The notes under the pieces: generated by a model
Told to the model about the DNA's origin: nothing
The model's database searches: none
The model's input: the letters and a program-made list of their open reading frames with translations, nothing else
In this document: one piece after another, positions 1-9,435 of the stretch
Numbering within the stretch: the first letter of the stretch is position 1
Layout: every line of letters starts with the position of its first letter
Program-made: the position numbers and the translations under genes
Virus record (IMG/VR): IMGVR_UViG_3300031669_000002
Span: 1-64,000 of that record
Reading direction: 5' to 3' (one strand)
Origin: a virus
Length of the DNA: 64,000 bases

Positions 1-298
1 AAAAGAAGATAGCAAGTCTTCCAGCAAACAAAGTAAAACAGAAGAGAGATTTAGAAAGGCAAATTCGACAAGCTGAGGCATCTATTGCATTTAGACCGGG
101 CAATGATTTAAGAACAGTAAAAGAATCTTTTGGTTATGTCCCCAATGCCGAGCACGAGATCGAATGGATGAAAAAGAAGATAGCAAGTCTTCCAGCAAAC
201 AAAGTAAAACAGAAGAGAGATTTAGAAAGGCAAATTCGACAAGCTGAGGCATCTATTGCATTTAGACCGGGCAATGATTTAAGAACAGTAAAAGAATC
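1..298 (+). repeat. Exact direct repeat, 171-bp period
   Basis: 1-127 is identical to 172-298; the period of 57 codons keeps the frame. Confidence 0.95.
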
Positions 299-851
299 AG
301 TAGAGGGTGTTATGCCTCACGCTATCAACTTGTTTCATTCTATACATGCAGGAAATAAAGAAGAGGCTCTTAACTTTATTAGTTCGCTTCGTAAAAAGTA
401 TAACGATGATTTTGCGCTACGCACATATAAGATGGCAAAGTCATTTGCTAATGCACACAAGCAACATCAAGGAAAAGTAGAGGAAGATAGTCCTGTGATT
501 GATCCTGCTACTGGGAAACCTATTCAACCTACTACAATGACTAATGGTCAACCAGCACAAACTGCCCAACCAATAACAACAGCTCAGACAACCGCACAGC
601 AGCCGCCAGCACCTAAGGGTCAGCCAACAGCAGTGCCAGCACCAGGACAACCTGCATTGCCAGCAGCGGGTCAAGCAGGCGGAGCGCCAGTGCAAATGCC
701 AGCAGGAACTCCAAAGCCGGCATCGGGAAGCGCAGTAAATCAAGCAACAACACCAGTTCAAGATTTAGCTACTGGTCTTCAACAGTTGTCGCAGCCAGGC
801 AATCAAGTTGCAGCCAAGAAGGCAGCAGATGCATTGGCAAGAGTTCGATAA
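3..851 (+). CDS. 5'-truncated low-complexity protein, probable internal head protein (57-aa tandem repeat, Q/P/A-rich tail)
   Basis: The frame is open from position 3 through the ORF-track start at 168. It has V-K-E|S and V-E-E motifs resembling T4 gp21 cleavage sites. Confidence 0.55.
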   Translation, partial: KKIASLPANKVKQKRDLERQIRQAEASIAFRPGNDLRTVKESFGYVPNAEHEIEWMKKKIASLPANKVKQKRDLERQIRQAEASIAFRPGNDLRTVKESVEGVMPHAINLFHSIHAGNKEEALNFISSLRKKYNDDFALRTYKMAKSFANAHKQHQGKVEEDSPVIDPATGKPIQPTTMTNGQPAQTAQPITTAQTTAQQPPAPKGQPTAVPAPGQPALPAAGQAGGAPVQMPAGTPKPASGSAVNQATTPVQDLATGLQQLSQPGNQVAAKKAADALARVR

Positions 852-872
852 ATATCGGTAAGGAGAAATATA

Positions 873-1187
873 ATGACTACACCCAAAAATAACAATTCAT
901 CATTAGCTGATTTTTTAATAAAATATTGGGTAATTATTGTTGCAGTTATTACGATGAGCACTGCTTGGGGAGCAACTCAAGTGAAAATCCGCAGTCTTGA
1001 AGATGCTGTTAAGGCAAATGCATCGACACAAAAAGATGTTCAAGACTTAAAGACTCAACAGGCGGTATCTGCTGCTCAAACAGCGGACACAAACAATACA
1101 GTAAAGCAGATGCAACAAATGCAACAACAACAGCAAATTCTCTTACAGCAGATTTTAATTAGTATGCCAAAGAGTAAGGGGAGATAA
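873..1187 (+). CDS. Single-TM coiled-coil protein (holin/spanin-like?)
   Basis: AGGAG RBS; hydrophobic FLIKYWVIIVAVITMSTAWG followed by a Gln-rich coiled coil. Confidence 0.5.
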   Translation: MTTPKNNNSSLADFLIKYWVIIVAVITMSTAWGATQVKIRSLEDAVKANASTQKDVQDLKTQQAVSAAQTADTNNTVKQMQQMQQQQQILLQQILISMPKSKGR

Positions 1188-1564
1188 TGTTTATATCAGA
1201 GTTATTTGGCGGGCTAATCGAATCAAAGGGCATTCATAAGAAAGTTAAGATTATACGCGGTCCTAAAGACTGTGTGGGAAAGATTGGCACTGTTGGAGAG
1301 GTTAGACACGGTGCATTCAAGGGCGCGCCGAAAACGGTCACCATAGATTATGCGCGTGATGACGGAAGCATTGCTTCTATTCAGCTCTCTGATAAAGACG
1401 TGCGATTAGTTAAAGATACTTCTGTATCAGAAGCATCAACACACCAAAAAGAAGTAGCTCGAAAAAGGAAAGAATACGAACAGAAACTCGACCAAAAACG
1501 CAGTAAAGAAGGCGAAACATATCACTACGGTAATGCTAAGGTAGTTAAACCTCCCAGAGATTAA
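1187..1564 (+). CDS. Hypothetical protein, probable internal head protein
   Basis: N-terminal MFISELF..LIE|S and VSE|A resemble prohead-protease sites; basic composition. Confidence 0.5.
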   Translation: MFISELFGGLIESKGIHKKVKIIRGPKDCVGKIGTVGEVRHGAFKGAPKTVTIDYARDDGSIASIQLSDKDVRLVKDTSVSEASTHQKEVARKRKEYEQKLDQKRSKEGETYHYGNAKVVKPPRD

Positions 1565-1570
1565 AAGAAT

Positions 1571-1644
1571 TCAACGCTTAGGACCGTTGATGACCGGCTG
1601 CTGGTCCAATAGTACGGAGTCGTGCCCCGAAATTGTAAGTGAGC
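1571..1644 (+). ncRNA. Candidate structured intergenic RNA
   Basis: GC-rich island in an AT-rich intergenic region. Pairings: GGACC(1581-85)/GGUCC(1603-07) and CGCUUA(1575-80)/UAAGUG(1636-41), with an alternative UCAACG/CGUUGA. Confidence 0.35.
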
Positions 1645-1665
1645 AAAAATTTAAGGTAAGCATAA

Positions 1666-2103
1666 ATGGCATATCCAAGATTACCAGCAATTGTATATCC
1701 GCCAGTATTTGGCAACGGGATGTATCTAAAGTTGGATTCCTACGGCAATATTGCTACATCCGTTGATCAAATAACTTGGTCAGCAGCTATACAACCTTTT
1801 GGATCAGTGGATGCTCGTTGGTTCTTTAATGGTGCATTCTTTGCAAACGGTATGTTTCTTATCTACGGTCATAGGATTGTAGCCATTGGCTCTTCTCTTC
1901 CAGGAAGTTCTTGGCAATCAACGATAGTAACCGGTGGCAATTGGCTAACATGCACTGTCAATTCAAATAATCAGTGGTATCTTACGGATGACGAAGGTAG
2001 AACAGCAACATCAGCAGACAGTTATCCAGGAAACTGGGCATTTACAAGAGCAACCAAAATCTTACCGCCAACTTTTGAATTTGATCCAATGTCCAATTGG
2101 TAA
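1666..2103 (+). CDS. Hypothetical beta-rich virion protein (BNR-like repeats)
   Basis: Repeated TS.D...W motifs (ATSVDQITW, ATSADSYPGNW). Confidence 0.45.
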   Translation: MAYPRLPAIVYPPVFGNGMYLKLDSYGNIATSVDQITWSAAIQPFGSVDARWFFNGAFFANGMFLIYGHRIVAIGSSLPGSSWQSTIVTGGNWLTCTVNSNNQWYLTDDEGRTATSADSYPGNWAFTRATKILPPTFEFDPMSNW

Positions 2104-2199
2104 TTCGAAAAACTTTACCGAATACCGAACATTAAATACCAATAGCCTTGATTCTCCCAGATAAATAATGTTATAGTTAGTTATATTAAGGAGAATTAT

Positions 2200-2460
2200 A
2201 TGGCAAGTAGAATGTATTCATCAGATCAAAAAGCAAAACTAAAACAACTTTTTACCGAATCGATTGCGATCTCTCAAGAGATCGAAGACTTATCAGAAGG
2301 ACTAAGCAGCACAGTCAAGGCAGTAGCAGAAGAATTAGAAATTAAACCAGGTCTTCTTAAAAAAGCAATTAAAATTGCACAGAAATCAAAGTGGACAGAT
2401 GCCCAAGCAGATCACTCTGAACTTGAGGATATACTTACTACGGTTGGTCGAACACTTTAG
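2200..2460 (+). CDS. dsDNA-binding protein, T4 DsbA/GapR-like
   Basis: 86-aa helical protein with EIEDL..GL..TVKAVAEELEIKPGLLKKAI pattern; follows an ATAAATA late-promoter-like motif and an AAGGAG RBS. Confidence 0.6.
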   Translation: MASRMYSSDQKAKLKQLFTESIAISQEIEDLSEGLSSTVKAVAEELEIKPGLLKKAIKIAQKSKWTDAQADHSELEDILTTVGRTL

Positions 2461-2551
2461 TGGTTAGGTAAAAAACGAAGTAACAGTTCTCTATCTGTAA
2501 AATAGTAATTTATTATGGTGATCCGAGCCACAAGTCGGTAAAGGAAAAAAT

Positions 2552-3232
2552 ATGAGTAATTATAGAAAAATCTATGAACAGCATTATGGTCCAATTCCCA
2601 AAGATCAAACTGGCCGAACATACGAAATTCACCATATTGACGGTAATCACAATAACGATTCACCCGAAAATCTAAGAGCAGTATCTATTCAAGAGCATTA
2701 TGATATTCACTATACTCAGAAAGATTATGCTGCCTGTCTAAGAATTGCCTCAAAAATAAATCTGAGTCCTAAAGAAATTAGTGAATTAGCCAGAAAAAAT
2801 GCTTTGCGTAGGGTAGAAAATGGCACCAATCCTTTTTCGGGTCCAGAAAATAATAGAAAAAGAATTGATAATGGAACACATCATCTATTAGGTGGGAAGA
2901 TACAGAAACGGGCTGCACAAAAACAAGTCGATGAAGGAACACATCATTTATTACGAAGACCGGATGGCACAAGTGTATCTTCAGATAAAGTTTTAGAAGG
3001 AACACATAACTTTTTGGGGCCAGAAATCAACAATCAAAAAGTTGCAAACGGAACTCATCCATTTTTAGGAGGAGAGATTCAGAGAAAATCAGCGCGTAAG
3101 AGAATTGCCAATGGATCACATAATTTGTCAAAAGAAAACAGAAAGACTGTTTCTTGTCCATATTGTCCCAAAACAGGCGATGAAAGACTGATGAAAAGAT
3201 GGCACTTTGATAACTGCAAAATAAGGAAATAA
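2552..3232 (+). CDS. HNH homing endonuclease
   Basis: YEIHHIDGNHNNDSPENL..VSIQEHYDIH; GTH(H/N/P)(L/F)LG repeats; C-terminal CPYC..MKRWHFDNC. Confidence 0.85.
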   Translation: MSNYRKIYEQHYGPIPKDQTGRTYEIHHIDGNHNNDSPENLRAVSIQEHYDIHYTQKDYAACLRIASKINLSPKEISELARKNALRRVENGTNPFSGPENNRKRIDNGTHHLLGGKIQKRAAQKQVDEGTHHLLRRPDGTSVSSDKVLEGTHNFLGPEINNQKVANGTHPFLGGEIQRKSARKRIANGSHNLSKENRKTVSCPYCPKTGDERLMKRWHFDNCKIRK

Positions 3233-3238
3233 AATAAT

Positions 3239-6001
3239 ATGTCATATATTGATGCAATATTAGATCGTGATAAAGACAAAATTTATGTAGTTGAACGAGA
3301 TAAAAAAGGTAAAAGAATTTATCAAGAATATTCGCCCGAATATATTTTTTACTATAATGATCCGAAAGGAAAGCATCAAACGGTCTATCGAACGCCCGTA
3401 AATAGATTTTCTACTAAATCTAATAAAGAATTTCGAAAGGAGTTAAAGATGCACAACGGCAAGAAAACATGGGAATCAGATTGTAATCCAGTATTTCGCT
3501 GTCTTGCAGAAAACTACATGGGGATTCCTTCTCCCAAGTTGCATACTTGTTTCTTAGACATTGAGTCAGACTTTGATATAGAGCAGGGCGGCTATGCTCC
3601 AGTAGACAATCCGTTTAATAAGATTACTGCTATCACAATATATCTTGACTGGTTAGACAAACTAATTACATTAGCTGTTCCTCCAAAAACATTGTCAATG
3701 GAATCTGCATTATTGATTGCAAATAAGTTTGATGATACATATTTGTTTGAAAAAGAAGCAGATATGTTAGATACATTCCTAAACTTAATTGAGGATGCAG
3801 ATATACTGACAGGGTGGAACTCGGGCGGTTACGATCTACCATATATTGTGGGTAGAATAATTAGATCTCTTGCAAAAGATGACCTGCGTCGTCTTTGTTT
3901 GTGGGATAAAATGCCCAAGGAACGTGTCTTTCAAAAGTATGGTACTGAGCAAAAAACATATGACTTAGTGGGGAGAGTTCATCTCGACTATATGGAATTG
4001 TATATCAATTATACATATGAAGAGCGACATAGCTTTTCATTAGATGCTATCGGAGAATACGAGTTAGGTGAGAGAAAAGTTGCTTATGATGGTTCGTTAG
4101 ATCAACTGTATAACCAAGACTTTTATAAGTTTCTTGATTACAACAGGCAAGACGTGGTTATCGTTGCTAAGTTAGATAAAAAACTAAAATTCTTAGACTT
4201 ATCAAACGAACTTGCACACGAAAACGCAGTATTGCTTCAAACAACAATGGGAGTAGTCGCATTAACTGATCAAGCTATTATCAATGAGGCTCACAGGAAA
4301 GGGTTTATTGTGCAAGATCGCACAAAAATACACACTGAGATAGAATACGATGATGACGGCAACGAAATAGAAAACGATGACGATAAGGCAGCAGGAGCGT
4401 ATGTTGCTTATCCCAAAGTAGGAATGCATCAGTGGATTGGCGCAATTGATATTAACTCACTGTATCCGTCAACAATTAGATCATTAAACATGGCGCCAGA
4501 AACTATTGTTGGGCAACTACGGCCAATAATGACAGATCAATATATCGCTAATAAGATGGCAGATAAAATTGTCAATGGCAAAAAAGTTAAGGGGTGCAAA
4601 TTTGCCCAAGCTTGGGAAGGATTATTTGGGTCGTTAGAATATACTTCTGTTATGAACATGGAAAAGGGAACAGAAATAACAATTGATTGGGAAGGCAGCA
4701 ATCAGCCAACTGTTCATACTGCTGATGAAGTATGGCGTCTTATCTTTGAGGGTGGTCAGAAATGGATGATCAGTGCTAATGGAACTATTTTTAGTTATGA
4801 GTTCGAAGGAATTATTCCTGGATTGTTAGCAGACTGGTATTCGGATAGAAAAGTGTTACAGGCAAAAAAGAAGGCGGCAACAACGCCGGAAGAAATTGCA
4901 TTCTGGGATAAACGTCAACATGTTCGCAAAATTCAATTGAACGCATTATATGGCGCATTACTCAACGTTGGTTGTAGGTTCCATGATCATAGGATTGGAC
5001 AAAGCACGACACTAACAGGCAGAATTATCGCCAGACATATGGATGCGTTTGTCAACGAAGCTATTACGGGAAAATACGAATATGACGGAGAAGCTATCAT
5101 ATACGGAGATACTGACTCAGTTTATTTCTCAGCGTGGCCATTGGTTAAAGATGAAGTTGCTGCTGGAAGAATGGAGTGGAATAAAGATATATGTATCCAG
5201 CTTTATGATATGATTGCAGAACAAGTAAATGAAAGTTTTCCTGCAATGATGGAAAAAGAATGTCACTGTCCACATAACCGCGGAGTAATTCGTGGAGGTC
5301 GAGAGTTAGTAGCATCTAACGGGATATTCATCACAAAGAAACGCTATGCAGTTTTGATATACGATTCTGAGGGAGTTAGGTTAGATCAACTTGACGAGCA
5401 CTCAGCTAAGAAGAAAAACGTTGAGTATGGTCTTGGTAAAATTAAGGCTATGGGGTTAGATCTAAAACGGTCAGATACTCCAAAGGTCGTGCAAGACTTT
5501 TTAAGTAGAATTTTACTTAACGCTTTGATGCATGTTCCTAAAGAGAAAATCATTGAGAACATCAAAGTGTTCAAAGAAACATTTGCTGCCATGCCAGCGT
5601 GGGAAAAAGGAACTCCCAAACGAGTAAATAACTTAACCAACTACATCGCAACAGAAGAGCGTGAAGGAAAGTCGGGTATGCCAGGACACGTTCGAGCAGC
5701 AATGAATTGGAATAACCTACGCAGAATGCACGGTGATAATTACTCAATGAAAATCGTAGATGGAATGAAGATCATTGTTTGTAAATTAAAATCGAATCCG
5801 ATGGGATATACTTCGGTTGCTTATCCGATTGACGTGTTGCACATACCGCAATGGTTTAAGGATTTACCGTTCGATAACGGTTTAATGGAATCTACGATAG
5901 TAGATAAGAAGGTTGAGAACCTATTGGGTGTTCTGAACTGGGACTTAACCAATAATACCCAAATCAGTAGCAAGTTTGACTCCTTATTCGAATTCGAATA
6001 A
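3239..6001 (+). CDS. Family B DNA polymerase (gp43-like)
   Basis: ExoI DIESD, ExoII GWNSGGYDLPYI, ExoIII YNRQDV, motif A DINSLYPS, motif B KIQLNALYG, motif C YGDTDS. Confidence 0.97.
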   Translation: MSYIDAILDRDKDKIYVVERDKKGKRIYQEYSPEYIFYYNDPKGKHQTVYRTPVNRFSTKSNKEFRKELKMHNGKKTWESDCNPVFRCLAENYMGIPSPKLHTCFLDIESDFDIEQGGYAPVDNPFNKITAITIYLDWLDKLITLAVPPKTLSMESALLIANKFDDTYLFEKEADMLDTFLNLIEDADILTGWNSGGYDLPYIVGRIIRSLAKDDLRRLCLWDKMPKERVFQKYGTEQKTYDLVGRVHLDYMELYINYTYEERHSFSLDAIGEYELGERKVAYDGSLDQLYNQDFYKFLDYNRQDVVIVAKLDKKLKFLDLSNELAHENAVLLQTTMGVVALTDQAIINEAHRKGFIVQDRTKIHTEIEYDDDGNEIENDDDKAAGAYVAYPKVGMHQWIGAIDINSLYPSTIRSLNMAPETIVGQLRPIMTDQYIANKMADKIVNGKKVKGCKFAQAWEGLFGSLEYTSVMNMEKGTEITIDWEGSNQPTVHTADEVWRLIFEGGQKWMISANGTIFSYEFEGIIPGLLADWYSDRKVLQAKKKAATTPEEIAFWDKRQHVRKIQLNALYGALLNVGCRFHDHRIGQSTTLTGRIIARHMDAFVNEAITGKYEYDGEAIIYGDTDSVYFSAWPLVKDEVAAGRMEWNKDICIQLYDMIAEQVNESFPAMMEKECHCPHNRGVIRGGRELVASNGIFITKKRYAVLIYDSEGVRLDQLDEHSAKKKNVEYGLGKIKAMGLDLKRSDTPKVVQDFLSRILLNALMHVPKEKIIENIKVFKETFAAMPAWEKGTPKRVNNLTNYIATEEREGKSGMPGHVRAAMNWNNLRRMHGDNYSMKIVDGMKIIVCKLKSNPMGYTSVAYPIDVLHIPQWFKDLPFDNGLMESTIVDKKVENLLGVLNWDLTNNTQISSKFDSLFEFE

Positions 6002-6076
6002 GAAAGTTATCGGAAAGCTTGCATCTGACCTAAATAATCATGTAGTATAAACAATAACAGTTAAAAGGAACAAGAC

Positions 6077-6835
6077 ATGAACCACGTTTATGAATATTTA
6101 AAAGACATCACCGATCACACTCTTTCACTCGGAAGTATTGAGTTAGTAAGGGTAAACGGCTCAGACAGCGAAACAGTTGTTGACGCTATGGCTGAAGATC
6201 GTAGTGTAATGCTTTTAGCAAAATCACACAAAGTAATACCAGAATTTATCGGTCAGTTTGGTATGCCAAATCTTACCAAGCTTAATGTTATTTTGGGCAT
6301 TCCTGAATATAAGGAAGGCGCAAAGATAACAGTAACAACCCAAGAAAAGCCAACAGAAGAAGGCAAAACTGTTACAGTGCCGACCGGGATGCACTTTGAA
6401 AACAAAGCAGGCGATTTCAAGAACGATTATCGATTTATGAGTTCAGAACTAATCAACACGCAATTAAAAACAGTTAAATCTAAGAAAGAACTCAAGTGGA
6501 ATGTAGAGTTCGCTCCGCTTGTTCAAAATATCCAACGTTTCAAATTTATGGCCCAAGCAAATAGTGAAGAGACTACGTTTGTTGCAAAAACAGAAAAGAA
6601 CCAGCTAAAGTTTTACTTTGGTGACCACTCTTCTCACGCTGGCAATTTTGTGTTCTCTGATGCAGTTATCGGATCATTATCAAAACCGTATCATTGGCCA
6701 ATTGCAGTGGTTCAAAGTATTTTGAATCTTCCTGGCGACAAGATTTTCCGTTTTAGCGATGATGGTGCAGCACAGATCGTTGTTGATAGCGGATTGGGCG
6801 TTTATACTTACACTTTACCAGCAATGCAAAAATAA
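6077..6835 (+). CDS. Putative sliding clamp (gp45-like)
   Basis: 252 aa directly downstream of the polymerase; alternating beta/alpha pattern. Assignment rests on size, context and recollection of homologs. Confidence 0.6.
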   Translation: MNHVYEYLKDITDHTLSLGSIELVRVNGSDSETVVDAMAEDRSVMLLAKSHKVIPEFIGQFGMPNLTKLNVILGIPEYKEGAKITVTTQEKPTEEGKTVTVPTGMHFENKAGDFKNDYRFMSSELINTQLKTVKSKKELKWNVEFAPLVQNIQRFKFMAQANSEETTFVAKTEKNQLKFYFGDHSSHAGNFVFSDAVIGSLSKPYHWPIAVVQSILNLPGDKIFRFSDDGAAQIVVDSGLGVYTYTLPAMQK

Positions 6836-6837
6836 TT

Positions 6838-7065
6838 ATGGTTAGCGTATATAAAGAAGTTGAAGTTGAAATCGACATGTATGATATCGATACTGCTGAC
6901 TTAATCGAAGAATTAGAGCGTAGAAAGATTCCGGTAACGGATAAAGATATCCCTGTATATACGCAACTTAACGATCTCTATTTTGCATACTCTGTGGGGC
7001 AGCAGGACAGAGTAGATGCATTGCTTAAAGAATTATTTTACGATACAATAGGCCGAATTGCATGA
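6838..7065 (+). CDS. Hypothetical protein
   Basis: ORF packed between the clamp and the DpdA-like gene with a 4-nt overlap. Confidence 0.6.
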   Translation: MVSVYKEVEVEIDMYDIDTADLIEELERRKIPVTDKDIPVYTQLNDLYFAYSVGQQDRVDALLKELFYDTIGRIA

Positions 7066-8693
7066 CCAAAAAAATACAACAAGTTGATCTCACGACTAAA
7101 CAGGTAGGACCAAACGGAAAACCAAACACAGCAATTTATCTGCCTGCGTTGAGTTCGTTTTATTCTACTACCACTGCAAAATATAAAGACCCGACTTACT
7201 GGGACACAACTCGTATGCCCGCAGCGTTTGATAAAGGCATTGAAGGATTAGATTGGCTAAACAAAGAAGACAGTTACTTCTATTATAAGTGGTCGCTATA
7301 TTCTGCTGGTCATGCAAATATTGATGTGGCCAAGCCAGACTTTAAAGAGGCAATGATACGTGACCGTAATCGCACTGATTCGTTTATTCTTGGCGACAGC
7401 GGCGGATTCCAAATTGGTAAATTAGTATGGGAAGGTGATTGGAAAAATCCTGCTTGTCCTAAGGCACAGAAAAAACGTGAACAAGTTTTAGCTTGGTTAG
7501 AAGCATATATGGACTATGGCATGATTCTTGATATTCCAGTGTGGGCCTGCAAGAATCCAGATGCTGCTGAGAAGATTGGCATTGCTTCATATCAGGACGC
7601 AGTTGATGCAACGAGAATCAACAACGACTACTTTATTAAAAATCGTACAGGAGGATGTAAATTCCTAAATGTGCTTCAAGGTAACTCATATGAAGAAGCA
7701 GACGATTGGTATGAACAGATGAAGGATTATTGTGATCCAACAAAATATCCAGAAAATTATTTTGAAGGTTGGTCAATGGGTGGTCAACACGTTGCAGATC
7801 CAGAGCTTGCGTTACGCAGATTAGTAAACATCGTTCATGATGGATTATTGCAACAGGGAAAGCATGATTGGATTCACTTCTTAGGTATGGGTAAAGTGCC
7901 TTGGGGATGTTTCTTAACAGACGTGCAGAACTCGCTAAGAAAATACTGGAACCCAGATGTTACAATTAGTATGGACTCAGCATCCCCATTCTTAATGGTT
8001 GCAAACGGCGGTATCTATACGCATCTTGTGACTGAGGATCAGGGAAAATGGACAACCGTTATGGATGGCTCAGTTGATGATAAAAAATATTCAACAGATA
8101 CTCGTCCGTTTAGTGAGATTCTAAAAGAAAGTCGCGGGTATAAGAACTTTGATGAATCACCTATCAGCTTGCGATTACAAGGTAAAGATGTTTGTGTTTA
8201 TAAACCTGGCGATCTTAACCGAATCGGCAAAGAAGGAAGAACAAGCTGGGATATGTTGAGTTATGTAGTTCAAATGGGGCATAACGTATTTGCTCATATT
8301 GATTCAATTCAACGCGCAATTGGTAAATACCAAACAGAGGGAATATATCCAGCAGGGTTGGTTGAGCGGGAATTTTATATGCCTGATGGTGTTGTTGGCA
8401 GAGAGTTAGTAGATAAAATATTTGCGGCAAAGACTCGAGAAGAAGCATTAGCAATAATCGAATATCATTCTCGATACTTAGGCAAATTAGTAGGCGGTAG
8501 AGGTAACAAAGGCAGCAAACGGATGAATGCCGGAACACACTTCGGTAATCTTTTCGAAGTAGTAGATTCACAACAAGAGCCAAAGACTTTTGAGGAAACA
8601 TCAGAATTGTCCGAATATGAGGGCGAAACCGATAAGCGGTTAGATGCTCTTGAAACAGGAGTTGATTCTGAGTGTGATAATGTGCTAATATAA
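7062..8693 (+). CDS. dpdA: TGT-fold transglycosylase, probable DNA 7-deazaguanine insertase (DpdA-like)
   Basis: GDSGGFQ, LDIP, NVLQG, WSMGG, HFLG and SMDSASP TGT-family motifs; sits next to the polymerase/clamp and with folE/queD/queE/queC. Confidence 0.78.
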   Translation: MTKKIQQVDLTTKQVGPNGKPNTAIYLPALSSFYSTTTAKYKDPTYWDTTRMPAAFDKGIEGLDWLNKEDSYFYYKWSLYSAGHANIDVAKPDFKEAMIRDRNRTDSFILGDSGGFQIGKLVWEGDWKNPACPKAQKKREQVLAWLEAYMDYGMILDIPVWACKNPDAAEKIGIASYQDAVDATRINNDYFIKNRTGGCKFLNVLQGNSYEEADDWYEQMKDYCDPTKYPENYFEGWSMGGQHVADPELALRRLVNIVHDGLLQQGKHDWIHFLGMGKVPWGCFLTDVQNSLRKYWNPDVTISMDSASPFLMVANGGIYTHLVTEDQGKWTTVMDGSVDDKKYSTDTRPFSEILKESRGYKNFDESPISLRLQGKDVCVYKPGDLNRIGKEGRTSWDMLSYVVQMGHNVFAHIDSIQRAIGKYQTEGIYPAGLVEREFYMPDGVVGRELVDKIFAAKTREEALAIIEYHSRYLGKLVGGRGNKGSKRMNAGTHFGNLFEVVDSQQEPKTFEETSELSEYEGETDKRLDALETGVDSECDNVLI

Positions 8694-8696
8694 AGT

Positions 8697-9334
8697 ATGA
8701 CTAAAGAATTTAAACCAACATATCTTTATATCAAACGCCATACAGTGACTGGTTTATTATATTTCGGCAAAACAAACAGATCAGAGAAAACTTTACTTGA
8801 AGAATATAACGGATCTGGATTATATTGGCAATACCATCTTAAAGAACACGGCAGCAAAGTTGAAACTATTTGGTACTGTTTATTCACCGAGAAAGACGAA
8901 TTAGTTAAATTTGCGTTAATGTGTTCAGATCAATGGGATATTGTTAATGCTAGAGGAACTAACGGCAAGAAGATATGGGGGAATCTTCTTTACGAAAATG
9001 GATTATATGGTAATGGTAATGGAGGAGTCAATAAAGGTATTAGACACAAAAACATAAGCCACATAAAAATAAAGGAATAAAACTCGGACCACAATCTGAA
9101 GAACATCGTGCCAAAAACAAAGCAGCACAAAAAGGAATAAGTAGAAATAAAGGAATAAAAAGACCATCCCAATCTGAAAGAAACAAAGGTAATTCTTACG
9201 GAAAAGCAAATAAAGGAGTAAAACAAGAAATAGTAAAATGTCCGTATTGCTTAAAAGACGGAGGAATTTCTAATATGAAAAGATGGCATTTCGATAATTG
9301 TAGCAAACGTAAAGAAGTAAGGTGCAGTAAATAG
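8697..9334 (+). pseudogene. Frameshifted GIY-YIG-like homing endonuclease
   Basis: N-terminal YLYIKRH..GLLYFGKT to a stop at 9080. The -1 frame from about 9050 encodes NUMOD3-like repeats and CPYC..MKRWHFDNC to TAG at 9334. The shift falls in the A5 run at 9048-9052. Confidence 0.8.
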
Positions 9335-9388
9335 GATCTGATAACTGAGGGCAATAATCCGTTGACCGTAATTCAATTCCGAGAAACT

Positions 9389-9411
9389 TTCCTGGGTATT
9401 TTGCCCAGGAA
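9389..9411 (+). other. Stable hairpin upstream of the ino1 homolog
   Basis: TTCCTGGGT-ATTTT-GCCCAGGAA. Confidence 0.55.
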
Positions 9412-9435
9412 CAAAACATAAAAGGAAAGTAAAAA

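Noticed and set aside
3239-6001. Intein or intron in the DNA polymerase
   Set aside because: All exonuclease and polymerase motifs are colinear in one 920-aa ORF, with no intein splice motifs.
9335-9435. Hairpin plus A-rich tail upstream of ino1 as a preQ1 riboswitch
   Set aside because: The loop is too short and lacks the preQ1-I consensus; kept only as a generic hairpin.
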